Below are positions 1-11,048 of a DNA stretch of 64,000 nucleotides, piece by piece (position 1 is the first letter of the stretch; each line of letters begins with the position of its first letter). The stretch is from a plasmid: assembly GCF_058153355.1 (NCBI RefSeq), contig NZ_JBLWLY010000002.1; one strand, given 5' to 3'. Below the pieces are notes generated by a model that saw nothing but the letters and a program-made list of their open reading frames with translations, searched no databases and was not told where the DNA came from. Both the position numbers and the translations under genes were made by a program.

Positions 1-159
1 TAAGGACAATAGTTTATCCAAACTGCCAAGCCCCTTTATTATAAGTACTAAATAAGCGTTCTAAACCGCCCCGAGTAGGCGGCCTGACGGCTGCGGCTTG
101 TCATGGCCTGTGATTACCGTTATAAAAACAGACAATATCATTGTCTTTCAGGCGGTTAT

Positions 160-525
160 ATGGCCCGTTCAGCTAAACCACGCAAACGAAAACCTGCACC
201 TCAAAGAAGCAAACTCCTCCGCTATGTCGTGAAACTTCACGAAGATGATTTTTTTGACGAAGAAGAAGCTGAGGTTCTGCGCTTTGATAATTTTGACGAT
301 GCCGTTGAGTGTTGCGCAGACCTGAATATTCCGTTCTTTGTGGATGCCGGAAACAAAAAACTGGTCTTCTGGTTTGTACGTGTTGATGACGAAGGGTATC
401 CGGAAATTGCCCGCTGCACGGAGCGGGAATTTGCGACAATTCCTGCCGGTATCAGCGCCGACGGCATGTATTGCCCTGAATGCGGTACGGTTCACTGGCC
501 GGATGGCGTTATTCCGCCTTTCTGA
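160..525 (+). CDS. hypothetical protein with acidic central region and C-terminal CPECG motif
   Basis: ORF 103..525 in track; internal ATG at 160 lies just after palindrome gacaatatcattgtc; no family recognised. Confidence 0.45.
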   Translation: MARSAKPRKRKPAPQRSKLLRYVVKLHEDDFFDEEEAEVLRFDNFDDAVECCADLNIPFFVDAGNKKLVFWFVRVDDEGYPEIARCTEREFATIPAGISADGMYCPECGTVHWPDGVIPPF

Positions 526-847
526 TGCTTCCCCGTTTTGCCGATATTTTTCAGCAGGGAAACCGATGGCTTAACTGGCTGGAGAAGCAGCCGGTGCAGA
601 TGAGCCGCCTGGAACATTATGCCGGTCAGGATGAAATTGGCCTGCGTTACAACAGCCACCGGACAAAACGAGAAGAAAACCTTGTGATGAGTGGCGACGA
701 GTTTATGGAAAGGTTCTCCTGGCATGTGGCGGATAAGGGGTTCCGGATGGTGATACGGGGTCCTGAGTCCGGTGAAGCGGCGATTACTGGAAGATGTGGT
801 GTACGCCATAACGGAGACAGTGAGAAAAACGGCGAGGCAAATCACAA

Positions 848-1200
848 GGAGAGGGATGTATCAGCAGTGACTGAAGGTTGACCCGCTGAAGTGCGAGCTG
901 TGCGGAGGTCAGATGCGGTTTACGGGGCTGAAGAGGGGTTACCGTCTGGCAGAGCAGGTTATGATGCATGAGCCGCTGGCACGAATACGGTGGTGCGGCT
1001 GAGAGTCGCAGAGGGGAAGTTGCGTCCATGTTGAGGGGAACGGAGCAAAAAACCATCAGAGATACATTGAATCAATCAATGTAAGCAATATTAAGTGTCT
1101 ATACCGATTACTTGATGATCAGGTTGTGTTGAATAAATGCGCATTCTTCGGTGCTTTTTTAATCTTTTGGGGATTTAAATTCCTATCGATGGACATGAAT
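848..1200. repeat. about 350-bp IS-derived segment, second copy at 31512..31860
   Basis: near-identical sequence read at both loci (gagagggatgtatcagcagtgactgaagg...); different flanks at each copy. Confidence 0.7.
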
Positions 1201-1768
1201 GCAGGCTATATAAGAGCAGCGCGCATCCACTTACCCAATGCGGTTGAGAAAATAGCCTTCGATCGCTTTCATGTGGCGAAACAACCGGGTGAGGTGGTGG
1301 ATAAAACCCGCCAGAATGAACATCCGCATCTTCCTGTTGAAAGTCGTCGTCAGGCAAAGGGAACTCGCTTCCTGTGGCAGCACAGCGATAAATGGATGAC
1401 CGAATCCAGGCAGGAAAAGCTGATATGGCTGCGTGCGCAGATGAAGCTGACGAGCCTGTGCTGGGAAAGAACTGGCAAAGGATATCTGGAGCAGACCATG
1501 GAGCGAGGAAAGACGCAACGACTGGCAGAGATGGCTGTCGCTGGCGGCCAACAGTGACGTCCCCATGATGAAGAATGTGGCTAAAACGATAGGGAAAAGG
1601 TTGTACGGTATCCTGAACGCCATGCGCCATGGCGTATCAAACGGAAATGCGGAAGCACTGAACAGCAAGATCAGGCTGCTGAGAATAAAAGCCAAGGGAT
1701 ACCGCAACCGGGAGCGCTTTAAGCTGGGAGTGATGTTCCACTATGGGAAACTGAATATGGCGTTCTAA
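1126..1768 (+). pseudogene. ISL3-family transposase, fragmented by frameshifts
   Basis: ORFs 1126..1557 and 1565..1768 carry ISL3-like motifs (FDRFHV, C-terminal KGYRNRERF) but are split and lack an intact N-terminus. Confidence 0.55.
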
Positions 1769-1861
1769 GCCTTCCCACCATGATCGGGGAAGACCCAGAT
1801 ATGAACAGGCACATTCAGAGTTACTTTAAAGAGCTTACTGAACGTTTGAGGTGTTAGAGCC

Positions 1862-2199
<338 letters not shown>

Positions 2200-2783
2200 A
2201 AACTGGATTGTGGGCCATAAATATTCCCAAAAAATAGCCCGCTCCGTTTATTACCGGAACGGGCGAGAGCATGACATTGTCTGTAATTATAATGAGACTG
2301 CTGATTCTACTTATTTTTAATTTCAAGAAAAGCGTTTTCTACAAGGAATTATGAGATTTAATGTTTTGTTTAGACAATATTATCATTCTGTTCAATAATG
2401 AAAGTCTTCATCAACAACAAGTAAAAACAACGTCCCTCTCATCGAACCGGACTTACAGATTTCCCGCATCCGGCTCTCTTGCAACACATCAGACCTTCAC
2501 GTTCGGGCGGTTATGGGGAAGGTCCAACAAGCTGTATGAGCCCTAACTGTTTGAATACCAGTAGATTACCAGAAACTTCTATCGATTGAAGACATTACCA
2601 ACTAGCGTTACTAAATGTTGACCAAGTTTTGTTCACTTGTCTGGTTTTGATAGTAGCATTCTGCAGAGTATTTTGATATGATAAATATGCATTAACAATG
2701 ATATTATTGTTAATTTCCTAGCATGAAAATTAAAAGATCAACTTTTTATCTCGAATATTTTTTACATTATCAGTTGGTTTCTT

Positions 2784-3500
2784 ATGAATGACAATTCATT
2801 GCTTAGAAATTCTTCATTATTCATCGCCTATATGGGATGTGTAGGGTGGGTCAGTGCTTATTCTTATGGCTGGGGAACCTCTTTTTACTATGGATTTCCA
2901 TGGTGGGTTGTTGGTGCAGGTTTGGATGATGTTGCCAGAAGTTTACTCTATGCTATCATAGTAATGGGTATACTCTTTACCGGTTGGGGGATTGGTATTT
3001 TATTTTTTCTTCTTATAAAGAAAAGAAGTAAAATACAAGACTTGAGTTTTTTTAGACTATTTTTTGCTATTACCCTACTGTTTTTCCCTGTAATATTCGA
3101 ACTTTTAATTCTCAAACAATATTTCATACTTCCATTATCACTTTCATGCATTATTAGTTCATTGGTTATTTCAATAATAATTCGTATATATGGACGGATC
3201 TTTTCTGTATCATGTTTTTCAGATATCCCTTTTGTTAGAGAACACCGCATTAAGTTAATTATGGCTGGTTTTTTGGTTTATTTTTGGCTTTTTTCCTTTC
3301 TTGTTGGCTGGTATAAACCTCAATTAAAAAAAGAATATCAGATGCTTTGTTATAATAATAGTTGGTATTATGTTCTTGCTCGTTATGATTCACGGCTCGT
3401 TTTGTCTAGTTCATTTAAAGATGACAGTAACAGATTCTTAATATTTAATACAGAACAGTCGGGATTTTATGAAATCAATGATGTTTATGTCAGAAAGTAA
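2784..3500 (+). CDS. hypothetical polytopic membrane protein (Trp/Phe-rich hydrophobic segments)
   Basis: 238-aa ORF in a low-GC block; several hydrophobic stretches; no family recognised. Confidence 0.5.
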   Translation: MNDNSLLRNSSLFIAYMGCVGWVSAYSYGWGTSFYYGFPWWVVGAGLDDVARSLLYAIIVMGILFTGWGIGILFFLLIKKRSKIQDLSFFRLFFAITLLFFPVIFELLILKQYFILPLSLSCIISSLVISIIIRIYGRIFSVSCFSDIPFVREHRIKLIMAGFLVYFWLFSFLVGWYKPQLKKEYQMLCYNNSWYYVLARYDSRLVLSSSFKDDSNRFLIFNTEQSGFYEINDVYVRK

Positions 3501-3848
3501 TAATCCTCTCCCACAAAGTGAATTAAATGAATATATAATGCGTTCGAAGTATATGTATTGAGCTGTCATACTGAGAAACAAACCTTAGGGCAGCACAATT
3601 AAAGCCAGAAACAACTATGCAAGAAATTCACCGTCATACTGATGCTGCATCGTGGTGACACTGTCTGTCACTTTCATGTTGACTGAACAACTCTGCTGCG
3701 AAGAAGGTGTACCGCCGGCGGGATTTGATTGTCCGGCGTCTAGCTTTCACTTCCCTGATGGAACTGAAAGTTGTTATGACCGGTCAGCTTGCCCTGTCCG
3801 CAGGACATGAGGTGCTGTGACGGACAGCACCAGTAACGGAAAGTGACA

Positions 3849-4259
3849 ATGAAAATGAATACTGCGCTGATAGTTGCACTAATGTGTATGTGGTATGCGG
3901 TACCCGCTGCTGCAAAAGAGACTTTACTGGCTATGCCACGTAATTCAACAGAACATTGCTATGCGGAGATTAATGTGCACGGACCATATGGGGTGTATTT
4001 CCGAGTGGTCCCGCATACCCCCGGGGGAAAGAGCTGGGTCGAATGTAACAGTGACTACTATTACTCTGATAAACCACCGGGAGTACAGATACTCGGAACC
4101 CGTGCAGGGTGTCGGGTATACGGAATCTGCGGGACCACCTCGACACTGCATGTGGCTGGAAGAGGGGTTGTGTGTATTAAAAATATATGCAGTCCACGTG
4201 GGATGATAATTCACAGGATACGGAAACGTCCTGTAGTGGCTGTAAGCGATGAGATGTGA
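3849..4259 (+). CDS. secreted cysteine-rich protein of unknown function
   Basis: ORF 3843..4259; ATG at 3849; N-terminal signal-peptide-like segment ending AAAKE; six Cys in the predicted mature part. Confidence 0.5.
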   Translation: MKMNTALIVALMCMWYAVPAAAKETLLAMPRNSTEHCYAEINVHGPYGVYFRVVPHTPGGKSWVECNSDYYYSDKPPGVQILGTRAGCRVYGICGTTSTLHVAGRGVVCIKNICSPRGMIIHRIRKRPVVAVSDEM

Positions 4260-4312
4260 TCTTACCCAGCAATAGTGGACACGCGGCTAAGTGAGTAAAC
4301 TCTCAGTCAGAG

Positions 4313-4475
4313 GTGACTCACATGACAAAAACAGTATCAACCAGCAAAAAAACACGTAAACAGCATTCGCCTGAATTTCGCAGTGAAGCCCTGAAGCTTG
4401 CTGAACGCATCGGTGTTGCTGCCGCAGCCCGTGAACTCAGCCTGTATGAATCTCAGCTCTATGCGTGGCGCAGCA
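4313..4475 (+). pseudogene. IS3-family orfA 5' fragment, truncated by IS66 end
   Basis: N-terminus MTKTVSTSKKTRKQHSPEFRSEALKLAERIGV is IS3 OrfA-like; reading frame runs into the IS66 terminal repeat starting at 4476. Confidence 0.6.
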
Positions 4476-4686
4476 GTAAGCGGCTCGCCAGAACCGTATT
4501 GATATTTACTGAGAGCTCAGATCAACTTTCCAGGGCAACAGATCGCGTACCCGGTTTGCCGGCCAGTCCTGGATATGTTCAATGACGTAACGCAGCCACT
4601 TTTCTGGCTCCACATTGTTCAGACGGCATGTGCCGATCAGCGAGTACAACACCGCAGCATGTTCACCACCGCTGTCAGAACCCGCG

Positions 4687-6511
4687 AGTCGAGTCAGCCG
4701 GAGAGAATTTCACTCCCCGGCTGCTCACGGAACCGTACGTGACACTCTCGCGTCATACGGCTCTTGATCACTCATTTGATGCACGTAGTAAATACCAGTG
4801 AACAAATAGCTTCGGATACTCCTTCCTTACCAGCGTCAGCTTTCGCTGAGCCTTCCGGTTCGAAAGTCTGTATTTAGACTGCATCCACTTGAGCAGACGT
4901 GACTGCATTGCACTCCACAGTCGATAGTTGAAATTTCTGGACCAGAACTTTCCGTAGTACTCGATCCAGCCTCTCACTATCGCATTGTAGCGCCTCGCAA
5001 AATCCAGCAAACTCTCAGCTGTTGAGCGATGTATACGCCACTTCTTGATTGTTTCTGTTATTTTGCGCATTGCTGCATTTGACGCACCCGGCATGCATTT
5101 TCGGTACAGTTCGCCTTTGAAATTCTTCAGCGTACGCACTTTGAAGTCATATCCGAGAAAGGTGAAACTCGTTGCGACGTTTCTCCTTTTAAACGTGTCA
5201 ATGTAGGCGATATTCGTTTTCCCTGCATTCAGGACCAGCCCGACTTCCGAGAAGCGCTCCGATAACCTGTTCTTCAGCCTTGTTGCATCACTCATTCGTG
5301 AACAATGTACTACAATATCGTCAGCGTACCTCTCAAACGGTACCCCCCGATATTCTCTTTCCATCCACAAATCAAATGCATAGTGAAGGAACAAGTTAGC
5401 AAGTAGTGGACTAATGACCCCGCCCTGCGGAGTGCCTCGTGTTCGGGTTATTAATTCTCCATTTTCACAACTCTGCATTGGCGCTTCCATCCAGCGTCGA
5501 CAGTACAGGATGACCCATTTAGGCATCCCGTGGTGTTCCAGAGCTTTGAGCACCAGATCATGTCTCACATGGTCGAAAAACGCACTGATGTCCACTTCCA
5601 GTATCCAGCTATAACGCCAGCACCGGATGGCACATTGTTTCAGAGCGTCATGAGCTGATTTGCCTGGTCGGTAACCATATGAATCAGCATGGAAAATCGG
5701 GTCAAGCTTTTCTTCCATGAAAAGTTTTATCGCTCCCTGAGCAATTCGATCGGATACTGTTGGGATCCCCAGAATGCGTTCCTTGCCATTCGACTTCGGG
5801 ATCCGTTTTTCCAGCACTGGTGGCGGAAACCATGTTCCCGAACATAGCCGGTTCCAGATCTTGTATAGATTGCCATCACGTTGCTGGTCGAACATTTTCA
5901 AAGTCTGCCCGTCGCATCCGGGGGCTCCCTTGTTGCGACGCACATCCAGATATGATGCCCAGACCAGTGCTTTTGGTATTTCAAATGATTTTCGTTGCAT
6001 CAGTTACGTCATCCCCTTTTGGGTTGTGTCTTCTGCAATGAATGTGATCCCCATCCCTTCGCTCCAGACCCATTACAGATCTTTCATCACTACTACGAAT
6101 GGGTCCGCCCCTGTTTCCCGATACGTGCCGGAAACAGGTTCTCACGTTCCCTGAGATGGTCTGGCCCGGGATCCTGCTGCCTTCACACCGGATGCCGCGC
6201 AGTCAGTAAGCAGGTGTCTTCTGCGCTTATCAGGGGACGGCTGTACGGCCCCATTTTGACATCATCTAAGATTTCGATGCTTCATCGGACAGTTTACTTT
6301 CGTTCAGCTTCCCGAACCCCACGTGACAGTAGATCTCTGCCTTTTCCCGAGTCGCTCACCACCTCATTCCTTAGAATGAAGCAGCACCGGGTCGTTTGGT
6401 CAGTGCTCCTGTAAACCCTGACCGGAGGGCCCACCTCCACCCACCTCAGAGCATGGATAACTTATGCTGCAATTTTCACATTGTTGCCATAAGTACTCCT
6501 TCGTGACACAC
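4687..6511 (-). mobile_element. bacterial group II intron, copy 1
   Basis: 5' GTGTG and 3' ...AC termini; domain V-like hairpin gagccgtatgacgcg...cacgtacggttc after the IEP; interrupts tnpC between codons for GRKNWL and FAGSDSG. Confidence 0.8.
4768..6000 (-). CDS. group II intron-encoded reverse transcriptase/maturase (no endonuclease domain)
   Basis: 410 aa with RT motifs including YADD (RYADDIVV) and a maturase-like C-terminus. Confidence 0.85.
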   Translation of the reverse strand: MQRKSFEIPKALVWASYLDVRRNKGAPGCDGQTLKMFDQQRDGNLYKIWNRLCSGTWFPPPVLEKRIPKSNGKERILGIPTVSDRIAQGAIKLFMEEKLDPIFHADSYGYRPGKSAHDALKQCAIRCWRYSWILEVDISAFFDHVRHDLVLKALEHHGMPKWVILYCRRWMEAPMQSCENGELITRTRGTPQGGVISPLLANLFLHYAFDLWMEREYRGVPFERYADDIVVHCSRMSDATRLKNRLSERFSEVGLVLNAGKTNIAYIDTFKRRNVATSFTFLGYDFKVRTLKNFKGELYRKCMPGASNAAMRKITETIKKWRIHRSTAESLLDFARRYNAIVRGWIEYYGKFWSRNFNYRLWSAMQSRLLKWMQSKYRLSNRKAQRKLTLVRKEYPKLFVHWYLLRASNE

Positions 6512-7943
6512 AGAGCCAGTTTTTCCGGCCTACGGCCACTCCCCGTAAGGCGTTCTCTGCGATGTTGTTGTCGATTTCCACCCAGCCATTACTGCAGTAC
6601 ACGTTCAGTGCATCCCACTGTTTCAGCAGGTATGCGAACGCTTTTGCCGTGTCCGAGTGACGCGACAGTGTTTTCATCTGTTGCTGTATCCAGTCATACA
6701 GTGACTGCATCAGTGGCGCGGCTCTGGCTTTTCTTGCCGCCAGACGCTGTTCTGCTGAACAGCCCCGGACCTCTGCCTCGATGGCATACAGTTCACCGAT
6801 ACGCTGCAGGGCTTCCGTGGTGATGTCGGTGGGCACTCTTGCATGCACATCGTGGATTTTTCTCCGGGCATGAGCCATACATGCGGCTTCCGTTATTCTG
6901 CCGGATTCGTACAACGCCCGGTAACCACCGTAAGCATCGGCCTGAAGCACTCCGCTGTAACCGGCCAGATGATTCTGTGGATGGATACCTTTCCGGTCCG
7001 GGCTGTACGCGAACCAGACCGCCGGAGGCATTTCCGAACCGGCATTCCTGTCATCCCGGACATACGTCCAGATATATCCTGTTTTCGCCTTCTTCCTGCT
7101 CGGTGCCAGCACTTTTACTGGTGTGTCATCAGTGTGAACCTTGCGGGTGTTCATCACATAACGGTACAGGGCATCATTCAGCGGAGTCATTAACTGGCAG
7201 CACGCGTCAACCCAGTTGGAGAGTAACGTACGGCTCAGTTCGACCCCCTGACGGGCAAAGATTTCACTCTGACGATACAGTGGCAGGTGTTCGCAGTATT
7301 TTCCCGTTAACACGCGGGCAAGTAACCCCGGGCCCGCGATACCACGCTCTATCGGACGGGACGGTGCCGGAGCTTCAACGATGCAGTCACATTTTGTACA
7401 GGCTTTTTTTACCCGTTCTGTGCGGATCACTTTCAGAGCGCTGCTCACCAGTTCCAGTTGTTCTGCGCTGACTTCCCCCAGATAATCCAGCTCACCGCCA
7501 CACTCCGGGCAACAGCTTTCTTCTGGCTCCAGGCGATTTATTTCGCGGGGCAGATGCTCCGGTAACGGGCGACGATGACGAGACTGTCGTAACTGGCGGG
7601 GAACCCGGAACTCCACCTTGCAGGAGTTTGCACTGACAGTTGTCTGAGTAGATAGAGACGGAGTAAGAGCCGCCACCGGTTCTTTCTGCTCATCCGGCGT
7701 TATCTCCACAGGTAATAATTCAACGCCAGCGTCAGAAGGGGTTGTTACCGGAAGACGCCGTGATATACGCCCTTCGTTTTGCCAGAGTCTGAGCCATTTG
7801 AAAATAACATTATCATTAACGCCATTTTCTCGTGCAATCTGGGCCACACAAGCTCCGGGTTGTGATGCCAGTTCAACCATACGAAGTTTGAATTCATTCG
7901 AATGCTTTTTACGAGGTTCTTTTCGCCAGTCCTGTAATTCCAT
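6512..7943 (-). pseudogene. IS66 orfA-tnpC in-frame fusion, interrupted at 3' end by the intron
   Basis: N-terminus matches orfA of copy at 25452, then jumps at [19 protein letters not shown] into the middle of tnpC; tnpB absent; downstream tnpC exon at 4506..4686. Confidence 0.7.
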
Positions 7944-7993
7944 ACTCAGGTGTCCGTCTGTGTCAGATGGGCGTCTAAGTTACCAATTCTTGT

Positions 7994-8311
7994 CTAATGG
8001 CTACATACGGCAGTTGGTTTACGCTTACCAACTACACCTTTCAGTTCGGTAAAATCCGACAGGCCCCGCAGACCGGGCTGATGCCGCTGGCGGAACATGA
8101 CCTCCTGCTCTGCACCATACTGTAGCTTCCATTCGCGAACCCGCCGTTGCATTGTTCTTCGAAGGCTGTTGGGGTACTGACCGGGATATTTATCCTGTAG
8201 CATCTCCAGCAGAGTTGTTGGTGTTAGAGCAGGCCTCTCTTTCAACAGAGGAACAAGCATGCTGTCCCACACAGCTTCAGTAATAATGCCGGTATCAGTT
8301 TTTATCATCAC
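7994..8311 (-). pseudogene. short fragment, possibly from an IS transposase
   Basis: 105-aa ORF ending at the IS66 terminus; assignment is a guess from its position among IS elements. Confidence 0.3.
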
Positions 8312-8701
8312 TCTGTTTGCTGTTTAACCAGACTGGTGTGATTACTGATGCAGTGAAGACCTTCCCGCATCCTGACTCACACAGCGATCGACCCTTTGTG
8401 TCCTGCCCTGGACCTGTCGGTTGCCGGAAGCGCCTTCATGCGAGGTGTCTCCTCACCGATGCGCGTGACTCAAGAAGGGCCTGACGGCTTGTCTCGTTAC
8501 TGTCCTGTCCGGGTTATCTGTCTGGAGATTCAACTCTGTTTCCTCACAGGAGAATGAGATGAACGCATCCCCCAACATTAAATCCGGAGCACAGTGATGA
8601 ATAAAGGGGGAAATCAGAGAGGTGTGGAGCCTCGCAGATTTCCGGCATCATTGTGCCCAATACGGGATGCATAAAGCTCCCTCAGACTGGAGACTCCACA
8701 A

Positions 8702-9721
8702 ATGAAATATACACCGGTTGGCGTTGATATCGCAAAACATCTGATTCAGGTTCACTTCATTGATGAGAACACAGGTGAAGTGGTGGATAAGCAACTTCGC
8801 GGCAGAGATTTTCTTGAATATTTCAGCAACCGGGAACCCTGCCTGATTGGTATGGAGGCCTGTGGAGGCTCTCAGCACTGGGCACGGGAGCTGACAAAGC
8901 TGGGGCATAAAGTCCGCTTGTTACAGGCCCGCTTCGTTAAGGCATTCGTCATGGGAAACAAGAACGACGTGATGGATGCCCGGGCTATCTGGATGGCGGT
9001 TCAGCAGCCCGGTAAAGAAATTGCCGTCAAAACAGAAGAACAGCAGTCGGTACTGGTTCTGCATCGTACCCGCATGCAACTGGTGAAGTTCCGGACCGCA
9101 CAAATTAACGCCCTACACGGGACGTTACTGGAGTTTGGTGAAACCATCCACAAAGGTCGGGCAGCGATGGAGCGGGAGTTCCCAGAAGCACTGGAACGAA
9201 TGAAAGAGAGACTGCCACCGTATCTCATCACGGTACTGGAAAACCAGTATAAGCGGTTGAATGAGCTGGACTCCCTGATAGAAGACATCGAAAAACAGCT
9301 TGCCAGCGTGGCGAAACAGAATGAGACCTGTAAGCGGTTGCTGGATATTTCTGGCGTTGGGCCACTTATTGCGACGGCAGCGGTGGCCACCATGGGGGAA
9401 GCATCAGCGTTTAAATCAGGGCGAGAGTTCGCGGCTTATGTTGGTCTGGTGCCCAAACAGACTGGCTCAGGAGGGAAAATCCGCCTGCTGGGGATAAGCA
9501 AACGTGGTGATACATATCTGCGAACCCTGTTTATTCATGGCGCAAGGGCGGCAGCATTACTGACCAAAGAACCTGGTCCGTGGATAACCGAACTGAAAAA
9601 ACGTCGTCCAGCCAGTGTGGCTATCGTCGCCATGGCAAACAAGCTGGCACGAACAGTATGGGCGATAGCTGCCCATGACCGTAAGTATGACAGGAACCAT
9701 GTCAGTATCAGACCATATTAA
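8702..9721 (+). CDS. IS110-family transposase
   Basis: 339 aa with N-terminal GVDIAKH and typical IS110 C-terminal region (VAMANKLARTVWAI). Confidence 0.8.
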   Translation: MKYTPVGVDIAKHLIQVHFIDENTGEVVDKQLRGRDFLEYFSNREPCLIGMEACGGSQHWARELTKLGHKVRLLQARFVKAFVMGNKNDVMDARAIWMAVQQPGKEIAVKTEEQQSVLVLHRTRMQLVKFRTAQINALHGTLLEFGETIHKGRAAMEREFPEALERMKERLPPYLITVLENQYKRLNELDSLIEDIEKQLASVAKQNETCKRLLDISGVGPLIATAAVATMGEASAFKSGREFAAYVGLVPKQTGSGGKIRLLGISKRGDTYLRTLFIHGARAAALLTKEPGPWITELKKRRPASVAIVAMANKLARTVWAIAAHDRKYDRNHVSIRPY

Positions 9722-9936
9722 TCGCTGATACCGATAAACAATGAACTCTTAACAAAAGGGTGAATGCTGAAAGGTTGCTCTGGCGGCCCGAGTGATGACA
9801 ACGACAGGTAAGACCGTGACCTGATAAACCTGAATAACAGCCGGGATATAAAGTCCGTAAGGAGAATAAGGCTCAGGTCAGCGAATCTCATAGTGGCCCG
9901 CAGCCCTGGCTGCAATAAGGCCGGAGTTACCGGCAG

Positions 9937-10434
9937 ATGCTGGCATGGATGACTTCGTTTGGGGCATTAAAGCGAATTGGTGTTGAGTGTACAGGCACCT
10001 ATGGATCAGGTCTGCTTCGCTATTTACAGAATGCCGGGTTAGAAGTTCTTGAGGTGACTGCGCCAGATCGGATGGAGCGACGCAAACGGGGTAAAAGTGA
10101 CACGATTGATGCTGAATGTGCCGCTCACGCCGCATTCTCCGGAATAAGAACCGTCACACCCAAAACGCGCAATGGCATGATTGAGTCTCTGCGAGTATTA
10201 AAAACTTGCCGAAAAACAGCAATATACCGCAATGTTACCAACGTTTATCGTATTTCATTAAAGTCCCTTGCCCGACGCTATCTCGAGTTACATGACGAAA
10301 TCGCTGATTTGGATGTCATGATTGCGGCAATTGTCGATGAGCTGGCGCCTGAACTGATTAAACGTAATGCTATTGGATACGAAAGCGCTTCGCAGTTGCT
10401 GATTTCTCAAGTCGCTGATTTCAAAAAACTGTAG
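9937..10434 (+). pseudogene. IS110/IS1111-family transposase N-terminal fragment
   Basis: 165 aa with IS110-like N-terminal motifs (ECTGTYGSGL, KSDTIDAECAAHA); no C-terminal half. Confidence 0.55.
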
Positions 10435-10478
10435 TATCCTCTGCGAAACGATCCCTGTTTGAGTATTGAGGAGGCGGG

Positions 10479-10739
10479 ATGTCGCAGATCGAAAATGCAG
10501 TAACTTCCTCACCGAAACGCATTTACAGAAAAGGTAATCCGTTAACCGGAGCCGAGAAACAACGCATATCTGTTTCCCGGAAAAAGGGGACACATAAAGC
10601 GATTAATGTTTTCATCCAGAGTGAACTCAAAGATGATTTGACACAGCTTTGTAAAGATTCGGGCTTAACTCAAAAAGAAATGATAGAGCACTGGATTTTG
10701 AAAGAAAAAGCTGCGGTGGATGATGCGAATAGAAGGTAA
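10479..10739 (+). CDS. repA2: RepA2/CopB replication copy-number repressor
   Basis: 86 aa starting MSQIENAVTSS, same length and N-terminus as IncFII CopB. Confidence 0.8.
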   Translation: MSQIENAVTSSPKRIYRKGNPLTGAEKQRISVSRKKGTHKAINVFIQSELKDDLTQLCKDSGLTQKEMIEHWILKEKAAVDDANRR

Positions 10740-10863
10740 CTAAGTTACTTTCTTGAACATTTGAATCGCGGATGCTAGATTACTGATCGTTTAAGGAATT
10801 TTGTGGCTGGCCACGCCGTAAGGTGGCAGGGAACTGGTTCTGATGTGGATTTACAGGAGCCAG

Positions 10864-10954
10864 AAAAGCAAAAACCCCGATAATCTTCTTTAACTTTGGC
10901 GAGTGAGAAAGATTACCGGGGCCATCTAAAAACCGTATAGCCAACAATCAAGCT
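10864..10954 (-). ncRNA. copA: CopA-like antisense RNA (approximate bounds)
   Basis: position between repA2 and tap; minus-strand hairpin ccccggtaatc...gattatcgggg followed by a T-run at the 3' end. Confidence 0.45.
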
Positions 10955-10973
10955 ATGCGGGGAGTATAGTTAT

Positions 10974-11048
10974 ATGCCCGGAAAAGTTCAAGACTTCTTT
11001 CTGTGCTCACTCCTTCTGCGCATTGTAAGTGCAGGATGGTGTGACTAA
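10974..11048 (+). CDS. tap: Tap/RepA6 leader peptide
   Basis: 24-aa [27 protein letters not shown]; stop overlaps the GTG start of repA1. Confidence 0.75.

Larger units (their letters stand above)
4476..8028 (-). mobile_element. IS66-family hybrid derivative with internal deletion and a group II intron
   Basis: terminal repeat gtaagcggctcgccagaacc at 4476; other end ...acgcttac at 8028; left part resembles copy at 25366, right part resembles copies at 43115 and 61171. Confidence 0.7.

Noticed and set aside
480-881. ORF 480..881 and antisense ORF 492..845
   Set aside because: No recognisable domain; the region sits among IS fragments and its 3' part belongs to the duplicated IS-derived segment, so it is probably a remnant rather than a gene.
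6464-7471. Plus-strand ORFs 6464..6823, 6839..7471 and 6843..7193 inside the IS66 derivative
   Set aside because: They are antisense to the tnpC reading frame and recur identically antisense to every IS66 copy (43267..43638, 43654..44244, 61323..61694, 61710..62300); typical GC-rich antisense artefacts.
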